NCBI RefSeq assembly: GCF_000025665.1
Contig: NC_013926.1
Location: 510,001 to 542,000, forward strand
Direction: 5' to 3'
From: Aciduliprofundum boonei T469
Lineage (GTDB): Archaea; Thermoplasmatota; Thermoplasmata; Thermoplasmatales; Aciduliprofundaceae
DNA: 32,000 bases
How positions within the stretch are numbered: the stretch's first letter is position 1; the number at the start of each line of letters is the position of its first letter. This document shows, in pieces, positions 25,358 through 32,000 of the stretch. The translations under genes were made by a program, and so were the position numbers. The notes under the pieces are model-generated. The model worked only from the letters and a program-made list of their open reading frames with translations, had not been told where the DNA came from and ran no database searches.

Positions 25358-26202
25358 AGTTTTTCTAAAATCTCATTATCTTTCATTTTATCTAGCTCAC
25401 ATATAGAATATCCTTTTTCAATCAGGGAGAAAATGCAGAGAGAGCCAATAGCGTATCCCTTTCTCTCAGGGCCATAGAACTCAAGTATGGTGTCTTGAGT
25501 TAATTTTTCATCCTTCCTGTTTTTGAGTAGTTCTATATATTCATTTTCTCTCTCCATATATTCTTGCCATTTATCCTTCTCAAAAGGGATATATTTCCAG
25601 AGACTCTCCTTCTTTAAATCATTGTTAAACCAAGCCGAAAATGTTATTCCCAAACCTTCCAGTATGGTTAAATTAGCAAGATTCATTTGGTAAGGAGAAT
25701 CTATACCTTCTGGCAAAAGAACAGTATGCAAGCGCACAATATGGGCATACTCATGGGGTAAGAGCACACTCAAATTCTCTGTATTCATAAAGGAATCATC
25801 TCCACCGATACCGAAAAATATGAAAACTCCTAAATTTCTAGAGTATTGAGTTATAACAAAATCAAAGGGTGCAGGAAGGAAATACACAGAAAAATTATTG
25901 TCTATGGGACACATATTTTCCACTCTTTGAAGAATATTATGTATTTCGCCACTCTTATTTTTATATACCTCCACTATTTTCAAAATTTCAGATAGCTCCT
26001 TTTTTGTATTTTTGAAAAATTGTAATGCATCGGTGTTGAGCATTTTTCCTATTGAGTTTTGAAAGAGTTCCTCATGCTTTTTATATACGCACATCCAGGG
26101 CTCTTCTGAATTCAAGCAATCCTCCGATATATCTATATCAATTATGAGTGTGTGCATAAAATGGAATGATGAGAGTTGTATAATTAATTTGCCATTATGC
26201 AA
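25354..26202 (-). CDS. putative HExxH zinc-dependent protease (DUF2268-like)
   Basis: LLPHEYAHIVRL contains an HExxH motif. A downstream ILEGLGITFSAWF resembles the EGLA..F helix of DUF2268. The start may instead be Met16 (26157). The gene is divergent from the KaiC-like operon. Confidence 0.5.
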   Translation of the reverse strand: MHNGKLIIQLSSFHFMHTLIIDIDISEDCLNSEEPWMCVYKKHEELFQNSIGKMLNTDALQFFKNTKKELSEILKIVEVYKNKSGEIHNILQRVENMCPIDNNFSVYFLPAPFDFVITQYSRNLGVFIFFGIGGDDSFMNTENLSVLLPHEYAHIVRLHTVLLPEGIDSPYQMNLANLTILEGLGITFSAWFNNDLKKESLWKYIPFEKDKWQEYMERENEYIELLKNRKDEKLTQDTILEFYGPERKGYAIGSLCIFSLIEKGYSICELDKMKDNEILEKL

Positions 26203-26235
26203 AGGTTTAAATTTTAAATTGTTATGGTTTGACAG

Positions 26236-27054
26236 ATGAGAATACCTACATCTGTGGCTGCATTTGACGAAATTGTTAAAGGCGGGGTACCTGCCGGCTC
26301 GGTTGTAATTCTTGCTGGAGAACCGGGGTCTGGCAATGTTGAATTTGCATACACTTCAGCTGCAAAATTATCCATAGCGAGAAAATACCAGGAAAGGAGA
26401 AAATTTATGGTTATAGAGGCGGAGGATATTTACATTCCTGAGGGCACTCTGTACATATCCTTTTCCAAGAGCGAGGATGAGATATTTCGTGCAATAGATT
26501 TGACATTTAACGAAGACCTCGGTGAAGCATTCAGAGATTCTCTAAAAATTAAAGATTTATCCGTAGAGTATTTTCGTAACAGCATAGTGCCTAGGAGATG
26601 GATTACGGAGAGCACGGGGGAATTTTTGAAGAGGAAAGGAGACATACTGAAAGAGTTCGTGAATGTGCTTGACTCGTACTCGAATGGCAGAATAGTTATT
26701 GTGGACTCTTTAACTGATTTAGTCACCTCCACTCGCATAAATTTTGAAAATTTAATTGATGTGATAAAAGGGTTGAGGAGGGCAGCTAAGAAATGGAACA
26801 CGGTAATTTATCTCCTTTTAACTCTAGGCGTAGTGGACAAGATGAAGGAAAACTTGCTTTTTGATTCAGTTGACGGGGTATTTGTATTCGAGTGGCATGG
26901 TTCTGAAAGTTACTCAAAGAGGTATCGCTATATGTATGTGCTAAAATTTGTGGGGCTTATGGCTCATCTTGAGGAGGAGAGGATTGCTAGGTTTAATACC
27001 ACTTTAAACAGACGCAGTGGGTTTGTGGTGGTGAATACTGAAAAGATAGGGTGA
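26236..27054 (+). CDS. KaiC/RecA-like protein with degenerate Walker A (predicted non-catalytic)
   Basis: The N-terminal FDEIVKGGVPAGSVVILAGEPGSGNVEF aligns with the KaiC-like GLDxxLxGGxPxGxxxxxxGxxGxGKT. The invariant K-T is N-V (codons aat gtt at 26335-26340). Walker B-like RIVIVDSLTDL is retained. Confidence 0.75.
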   Translation: MRIPTSVAAFDEIVKGGVPAGSVVILAGEPGSGNVEFAYTSAAKLSIARKYQERRKFMVIEAEDIYIPEGTLYISFSKSEDEIFRAIDLTFNEDLGEAFRDSLKIKDLSVEYFRNSIVPRRWITESTGEFLKRKGDILKEFVNVLDSYSNGRIVIVDSLTDLVTSTRINFENLIDVIKGLRRAAKKWNTVIYLLLTLGVVDKMKENLLFDSVDGVFVFEWHGSESYSKRYRYMYVLKFVGLMAHLEEERIARFNTTLNRRSGFVVVNTEKIG

Positions 27055-27743
27055 TGAATATGAGAATAAAAACTGGAATTGAGGGATTGGACGATATGCT
27101 CAACGGTGGCATTCCCAAAGGGCATACCGTGGCGGTTATAGGTGCATTTGGCACTGGAAAAACCACATTTGCTATGCAATTCATCTGGGAAGGCCTAATT
27201 AATGGAGAAAGGTGCATATTTTTGAGCTTGGAAGAAGACGAGGATAGTGTTGTAGAAAGTGCAAGTAAATTTGGGTGGGATTATTCCAAGTACTTGGGCT
27301 CTCAGCTCCAGCTTTTAAAACTTGATCCTGAGGATGCAAAGAGTAGCGTTGAGAGATTGGAGAGCGATATACCCGAGCTCATAAAAGAGTTTGAGGCAAC
27401 GAGGATTGCCGTGGATTCTATAAGTTTGATAACGATGATGTACGATAGCATTGATGAGAAGAGAAAGGTAGTTTTCAAGCTTGCAAAGAGCATAAAGGAG
27501 AGTGGTGCAACTGCGGTTTTTACAGCAGAAGTGGACCCAAAAAATCCCAAGGTTAGCAGGGATGGAATTGTGGAGTATGTTGTTGACGGGGTAATCCTTC
27601 TATCTTTTCTTGAAGAGAACAATGTTCTAAAGCTCACAATTAGAGTTTTGAAGATGAGAAGAACTCAGCATTCGAGAGAGGTAAAATTGTACGAGATAGG
27701 AGAGGGAGGAATAAATGTTCTTGCCCAAGCGGATGTATTTTGA
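27054..27743 (+). CDS. single-domain KaiC/RecA-like ATPase (intact motifs)
   Basis: IKTGIEGLDDMLNGGIPKGHTVAVIGAFGTGKTTFAMQF is Walker A (27141-27164). RIAVDSIS is Walker B and TAEV is present. The ATG at 27054 overlaps the upstream TGA (TGATG). GTG 27051 and ATG 27060 are alternative starts. Confidence 0.85.
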   Translation: MNMRIKTGIEGLDDMLNGGIPKGHTVAVIGAFGTGKTTFAMQFIWEGLINGERCIFLSLEEDEDSVVESASKFGWDYSKYLGSQLQLLKLDPEDAKSSVERLESDIPELIKEFEATRIAVDSISLITMMYDSIDEKRKVVFKLAKSIKESGATAVFTAEVDPKNPKVSRDGIVEYVVDGVILLSFLEENNVLKLTIRVLKMRRTQHSREVKLYEIGEGGINVLAQADVF

Positions 27744-27746
27744 GGT

Positions 27747-28094
27747 GTGCCTATGGATGAAAAAGAATTGAAGAGCATAGCTGCCATTTATTTCGGTTTC
27801 ACACCATCCACAAAGGTTCCTAAAAATGTGAAAATTGAAATTCTTGAACCAGAATATGGAGGAAGCGAAGAGGCAAAGAAGATAAAGATAAAATGGGAAA
27901 ACCACATAGGTTCTGAGAGCAGGGTAGCGAGAATAACTCCCTTAGATATAATGCATTACTTGGAGATGAAGAATACGAAGAATAATTACAGCAAGGCAGT
28001 TGCCATTCTATTGGATTTGGCTGCTTTAAACAATTTGCCAGTAGTTAAGGTGGGAGATGAGTATTTGCTGATAAATCCAAAGTACAAGGGGTGA
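27747..28094 (+). CDS. hypothetical 115-aa protein, third gene of the KaiC-like operon
   Basis: The ORF starts 3 nt after the KaiC-like stop, at GTG 27747 or ATG 27753. I recognised no motif. The C-terminal half (YSKAVAILLDLAALNNLPVVKVGDEYLLI) is compatible with a winged-helix-like unit, but that is unverified. Confidence 0.5.
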   Translation: MPMDEKELKSIAAIYFGFTPSTKVPKNVKIEILEPEYGGSEEAKKIKIKWENHIGSESRVARITPLDIMHYLEMKNTKNNYSKAVAILLDLAALNNLPVVKVGDEYLLINPKYKG

Positions 28095-28372
28095 GAGAAA
28101 TTAAAGATAAGGAAAATGTTTTAAAAAATATCGTTGAAAGCATGAAACTCGATTTGTATGTTGAGAGCAAAATTCCTGAGATGCATGTATGCTTTTTCTG
28201 TGGTAGAATTGGATACAAAAACTTACCTATGAAGAAGATTGGCAATAAATGGATATGCATAGATTGCTTGAGGGAGTTGAAAGAGGCACTGGATTCTTTG
28301 GAAGAATGGGAGCAAGAAATAAGTTTAAGAGAAGAGATAAAGAAACAGATAGAAAAAGAATTCAAAGATTAG
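28091..28372 (+). CDS. hypothetical small zinc-ribbon plus coiled-coil protein
   Basis: CFFCGR...(x19)...CIDC forms a CxxC/CxxC pair. A charged helical tail follows (EEWEQEISLREEIKKQIEKEFKD). GTG 28091 overlaps the upstream TGA (GTGA). ATG 28141 is an alternative start. Confidence 0.5.
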   Translation: MREIKDKENVLKNIVESMKLDLYVESKIPEMHVCFFCGRIGYKNLPMKKIGNKWICIDCLRELKEALDSLEEWEQEISLREEIKKQIEKEFKD

Positions 28373-28980
28373 ACAGCGAAAGATTCACCCTTTGCGAAAT
28401 TATTTTTTATGTAATCAATTATTATGCTTCTATCTCCTTTGAGATGGGACTCGTACCATTTCGGTATGATCTTGAGGAGGATGTCCCTTATTTTATCAAT
28501 GCTTGCCTTACTAACGCTCTCATCGTAGAGTATGTACTGGCTATAAATTCTCTTCAATCCAGAGTACTTGTAATACTCTTCTCCTTCAAAGAATTCAAAG
28601 ATCATCTTTATTCTCTCCCCCTCTTCTGTTGCATAATATGTGACCTTTATAGAATCCCCTGTTCTGTTTTGGTCTCTTGTTAAATCCACAAGTGCTATCT
28701 CAGTTACAGATGAGAAATCAAAATCCTCTCTAAGCTCCCATTTATCTGGGAACACTATGAATCTGCCCCATTCAGAATGTGGGGGATCCATCCTAAAATG
28801 AACATTTATCTTGTTGAATTGGAGCCATATTCTCCAGAAATCTTCAATTAAGTTCATATTTAACTCTTTTTTCTTCTCTCTTTCCGTGGAAATTGTCTTT
28901 ATGACCTCTTCCCTCTTCTTCTCCAGTTCGCTTTCAAGCTTCTCATACCAGTTTTCAACCTTCTCTTCTTTCTTTGCCAT
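28369..28980 (-). CDS. hypothetical protein with N-terminal coiled-coil
   Basis: The 203-aa ORF opens with MAKKEEKVENWYEKLESELEKKREEVIKTISTEREKKKE, followed by a mixed alpha/beta-looking region. It converges on the Zn-ribbon gene and overlaps its 3' end by 4 nt. I recognised no family. Confidence 0.55.
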   Translation of the reverse strand: MAKKEEKVENWYEKLESELEKKREEVIKTISTEREKKKELNMNLIEDFWRIWLQFNKINVHFRMDPPHSEWGRFIVFPDKWELREDFDFSSVTEIALVDLTRDQNRTGDSIKVTYYATEEGERIKMIFEFFEGEEYYKYSGLKRIYSQYILYDESVSKASIDKIRDILLKIIPKWYESHLKGDRSIIIDYIKNNFAKGESFAV

Positions 28981-29091
28981 TTTAATCCCTCAATCGTAAT
29001 GTTATTGGTGGCATATAAAATTATCGCTAGATATTTGGATTTTTAATTAAATTTTTAAATACTTGTGATACAATATCCACTGGGGATAAAA

Positions 29092-29523
29092 ATGGTGGAT
29101 GATATAATGGATGATGACCAAGTCAAAATTCCCTCAGAGCCAACATATACACCTGCACCAAAACGGAAGAGATCTATTTTTGAGCGCTTGGCATACAGCC
29201 CTACTGCGATAGGAATTGTACTTGTAGTGGCGTTAGTACTTATGACCTTGGGTGTGTTTTTCTATGACTCTTTAATACCCTCTATAGTATCTGGAGAATC
29301 GGATTATTTTTTGACAACAGTTGTGGTATTTCTTGGAATGTTACCATACTCCATAGGTGTATCACTTCTGGTATTATTGCTCTTGGGTCTTGGAATAGGA
29401 AGACACGATTATCCACAGTGGGTTAGATTCGCATTGATACTAGTGGCTGGTATGATAATTGTTTGGGGATTCCATCTAAGTGGAGCACTAATTGGCGCTA
29501 TGATACATTATTCTTCCTCCTAA
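29092..29523 (+). CDS. hypothetical membrane protein (about 4 TM)
   Basis: An acidic N-terminus (MVDDIMDDDQ) is followed by four hydrophobic segments. I prefer the ATG at 29092 over the GTG at 29065. Confidence 0.5.
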   Translation: MVDDIMDDDQVKIPSEPTYTPAPKRKRSIFERLAYSPTAIGIVLVVALVLMTLGVFFYDSLIPSIVSGESDYFLTTVVVFLGMLPYSIGVSLLVLLLLGLGIGRHDYPQWVRFALILVAGMIIVWGFHLSGALIGAMIHYSSS

Positions 29524-29526
29524 TTT

Positions 29527-30783
29527 TTATAGATAAGCAATAAGCACGGGAATTATAATTACGCTCATCAGATGCACTCTCATTATGCCAAGTTTTGGAG
29601 GCAGCAGGCCTATGAGGGTTGCAACTATTCCAAATGCTACGCCAATAATGCCCGTGAAAATGAAAATTATGGCGAAAAGAATAATAATTAATATGCGAGA
29701 TATCAAGCCATATCTCTTTCCTATTTTTCCAATTCCCTTGGCAAACCATTTCCCTAACAATATTGTTATGAAGAATGAGAGCAAGGATGCAATTGCCACT
29801 GTTAAGAGGATGAGCAGAAAGGATGAGGGTGGAAATTTCGTGTTGAACCAAACAGGTATGTTGAGCATTTGAGTTATTATATTGACAGCGGCACTCCTTG
29901 GCCTCAAAATAAGGAATAGAGCTGTAAGATTGAATATATAATTTGCAGTATTCACGCTTCCTAAAGCGTAGAGAAAATCCTCAGTATCGTCCTCCTTTAT
30001 GAAAATTCTTGATATTGCTGCTGCTACTCCAGAAGTCACGCCGGGAAGAAATCCGACTAGAGAGCCAGAGAGCGTACCCACAAGAGATGAAATGTAGTGT
30101 TTTCTCTCAATTTTTGGCTTAACAATTCTCTGCTTGGGTACTATTGTATTTTGAGAGAGTAGTAAAACGGGTATGCCAAAGAGCCCCGTAAAAATGGGGA
30201 ATAGGATGCTCATTCCTTTACCAAATATCACATAATTATGGTTCAAAGGGAAATGCAGGGCTATGTATCCAAAAGTTCCTGAAATGGTAATTACAAGTAT
30301 GGAGAGAAGCATGCTTTTCAAATTTTTCTTACTTTCCATATATAGTAGGCCTAGAATTATGAGAAGAAGGAGCAAAGGGGTGTAAAAATAAAGATATTTT
30401 GCGAGATTCATGTTTACAAGTGCAATTTGAAATAAGGGAATTAAAGGCAATGCGAAAATGGTGGCTAGGAGGGAGCCATAAGTTGAGATGTATATTGCTT
30501 TGAAACCATCTCCCTGCAAGAGTAATCTGTGCATAGGGAGCACTGATAAGGAGGTATCTTCATTTGGGGCACCCAAGAATGTGGAGGGTATAAAGTCCAC
30601 GAATGTATGTGTTATCATATTTGCAACGATTAGATTTGCTAAAAGTAATGGGTTAGTATGGAAGGAGGCGTATATGCAGAGAATTATTGCGGCAACATTA
30701 TTAACATGAAGTCCGGGCATCAAGCCCGTTATTATGCCAAGCCCTACACCAATAAGCACAAATAAGATGTAGAGTAAAAGCAT
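29527..30783 (-). CDS. polytopic membrane protein, TctA/DUF112-like
   Basis: The protein has 10 or more TM segments. G(L/F)xPG(L/V) motifs occur in both halves (ITGLMPGLHVNNVAAI, LVGFLPGVTSGVAAAI), reminiscent of COG1784/TctA-family permeases. Confidence 0.5.
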   Translation of the reverse strand: MLLLYILFVLIGVGLGIITGLMPGLHVNNVAAIILCIYASFHTNPLLLANLIVANMITHTFVDFIPSTFLGAPNEDTSLSVLPMHRLLLQGDGFKAIYISTYGSLLATIFALPLIPLFQIALVNMNLAKYLYFYTPLLLLLIILGLLYMESKKNLKSMLLSILVITISGTFGYIALHFPLNHNYVIFGKGMSILFPIFTGLFGIPVLLLSQNTIVPKQRIVKPKIERKHYISSLVGTLSGSLVGFLPGVTSGVAAAISRIFIKEDDTEDFLYALGSVNTANYIFNLTALFLILRPRSAAVNIITQMLNIPVWFNTKFPPSSFLLILLTVAIASLLSFFITILLGKWFAKGIGKIGKRYGLISRILIIILFAIIFIFTGIIGVAFGIVATLIGLLPPKLGIMRVHLMSVIIIPVLIAYL

Positions 30784-30845
30784 ATATCCTCATTTTTTAG
30801 GACATATTTAATTTTTCTCCAAGCATTTTTGATTTTTCAGAAAAG

Positions 30846-30855
30846 TATATAAATA
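30846..30855 (+). promoter_or_regulatory. putative strong TATA box (TATATAAATA) with purine-rich BRE-like upstream, plus GGAGG Shine-Dalgarno at 30890-30894
   Basis: A consensus-like archaeal TATA sits about 50 nt upstream of ATG 30904. GGAGG lies 9 nt before the ATG. Confidence 0.45.
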
Positions 30856-30903
30856 GAAAGTGATTTTACCCCACACCGAAAAGAAAGATGGAGGGAAAAC
30901 CCT

Positions 30904-32000
30904 ATGAACACCAAAAATTTGAAAAAAGGAGAAGTGATCGCAGCGATTGCGTTGCTGCTGCTTAGCGCCCTGGTATTTGCAGGGGCAGTGAACGCTCTTG
31001 AGCCACAAACTGGAGAGATGAGATTCGTTTTAATCTATCATGATGTTATTACTGGAGATAGTGATTTTCTTTCTGGAGTGAGTGTATCTCTGTTTGAGAT
31101 TAATGGTAAATATATATCATCCGCTGTATCATCATCCAGCGGAGTTGTGAAATTTGAGAATATACCCTATGGAAATTATGCTCTGAAAACCGATGGACAG
31201 GTCAAAGGCAACTATTTCTATGATGAATCATTCGCCACTGTAAAGTTTGACTCTTCTGGCTTGCATACTCTTGATGGCAACAGTTTCTGGAGCCTAAATG
31301 TGAATAGGTATCCTCTTCCAAATGTTCTTAACCTAACTGTAGAGAAGAATGGAGAAATCATACCTGCTCATGTATCTGTTTATTTCAAGAATGTAGAGAT
31401 TGCGAGCAAGAGCATTGATACTTATGGTTTATTTAACCTTCCTGATGGAAAGGTCACATTGAAGATAACATACTTGGATGGCGGAGTTAGCAAGGCTTAC
31501 TACAAAGAATTGGCAGTTAGTGGAAATATGAATCTAACAATTAATGTGGGAAATGCAAAGAAGATATGGGGTATAGTGGAGGATTCTTCCACAGGTTTGC
31601 CAGTGGCTACAAATGTGCACATAACACTCATAAATGAGAGCTCCAACGAGTTTAATGTTTTGCAATTCCCTGGCGGGCCGTTTAGCTTCTACCTTGTGGC
31701 TCCTCAGAATTACAAGGTAGTAATAACTGCAGATGGTTATGGAATTAAGAGCTATGCCGCCACGGAGCTTATGGGCTCTTCACCCGCAAAGATAGAGTTG
31801 AATCCTGTGGAGAATGATATTAATTACACCATCACCTTATCTAATGATCTGAAGACCATAAATATGGTTTACACGATGGATATAACAAACGAGACAATTC
31901 TTGCAAATCTTCCTTACAACGATACCGGAGTGCTCTATTACCAGCTCAAGTTCTTGGGTGTGGATAATGCATATCTTGAGAATTATTTCACAAACAATGT
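30904..32000 (+). CDS. large secreted surface (S-layer-like) protein with carboxypeptidase-regulatory-like beta-sandwich repeats, 5' part only
   Basis: My own translation stays open from ATG 30904 to the window end. It begins MNTKNLKKGEVIAAIALLLLSALVFAGAVNA, a signal peptide. Repeats of the type GVSVSLFEINGKY...GVVKFENIPYGNYALKT and GLPVATNVHITLIN...YKVVITADGY follow. Several NxS/T sequons are present. The ORF is missing from the track because it runs off the edge. Confidence 0.7.
   Translation, partial: MNTKNLKKGEVIAAIALLLLSALVFAGAVNALEPQTGEMRFVLIYHDVITGDSDFLSGVSVSLFEINGKYISSAVSSSSGVVKFENIPYGNYALKTDGQVKGNYFYDESFATVKFDSSGLHTLDGNSFWSLNVNRYPLPNVLNLTVEKNGEIIPAHVSVYFKNVEIASKSIDTYGLFNLPDGKVTLKITYLDGGVSKAYYKELAVSGNMNLTINVGNAKKIWGIVEDSSTGLPVATNVHITLINESSNEFNVLQFPGGPFSFYLVAPQNYKVVITADGYGIKSYAATELMGSSPAKIELNPVENDINYTITLSNDLKTINMVYTMDITNETILANLPYNDTGVLYYQLKFLGVDNAYLENYFTNN

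Noticed and set aside
26430-27637. Antisense ORFs within the KaiC-like genes (26430-26801, 26964-27179, 26993-27217, 27302-27637)
   Set aside because: They are reverse-frame artefacts inside genes with clear Walker motifs.
28249-28683. 144-aa plus-strand ORF
   Set aside because: Its first third overlaps the Zn-ribbon gene in another frame, and the rest is antisense to the 203-aa gene. The two alternatives have better start contexts and more protein-like composition.
29498-29872. ORFs 29498-29851 (-) and 29585-29872 (+) inside the TctA-like gene
   Set aside because: These are alternative-frame or antisense ORFs within a long, consistently hydrophobic membrane-protein ORF.
30808-31008. 66-aa minus-strand ORF
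   Set aside because: It covers the promoter, the Shine-Dalgarno sequence and the signal-peptide region of the large plus-strand surface protein gene, so it is an antisense artefact.
1-32000. CRISPR arrays, rRNA genes, tandem repeats
   Set aside because: Reading through the window, I saw no regularly spaced direct repeats of 24-40 bp, no rRNA-like GC-rich long segments and no obvious tandem repeat. The only GC island is about 130 nt.

Overview
This is a gene-dense, AT-rich chromosomal segment, roughly 35-40% GC by eye. I read it as archaeal and probably from a thermophile. The evidence is an sn-glycerol-1-phosphate dehydrogenase, pilins with class III signal peptides, a UPF0179-like protein, single-domain KaiC-like ATPases, BRE/TATA-like promoters close to start codons, and many 1-13 nt gene overlaps. 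Species cannot be assigned without a database search.

Layout:
- 0.3-8.2 kb: a carbohydrate locus with a secernin/C69 peptidase, ROK kinase, GH1 beta-glycosidase, MFS permease, compact GH57-like enzyme, galactokinase and 2-hydroxyacid dehydrogenase.
- 8.2-17.4 kb: two overlapping TPR genes, egsA-UPF0179-GTPase, a small membrane protein, two tandem pilin paralogs and trkAH.
- 17.44-17.57 kb: a GC-rich, two-hairpin island between convergent genes, a candidate small RNA.
- 17.6-21.0 kb: an FG-GAP surface protein, a bacterial-type QueH (DUF208) fused in an operon to an HTH/Zn-ribbon gene, and an ArsR-like regulator.
- 21.0-29.0 kb: an accessory-looking region. It holds a KaiC-like -> tandem-wHTH -> rpiA overlapping operon and an intact IS4/IS5-type insertion sequence with a 7-9 bp target duplication. 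It also holds a sequon-rich anchored protein, an HExxH (DUF2268-like) protein, and a tightly coupled four-gene operon (Walker-A-dead KaiC-like, intact KaiC-like, a 115-aa unknown, a 93-aa Zn-ribbon protein).
- 29-32 kb: membrane proteins and the start of a large S-layer-like surface protein.

I saw no CRISPR array, rRNA or canonical tRNA. The most promising candidate for an undescribed system is the KaiC-like pseudo-ATPase/ATPase operon at 26.2-28.4 kb with its flanking genes. All family assignments rest on motif recognition by eye and need HMM or structure confirmation.
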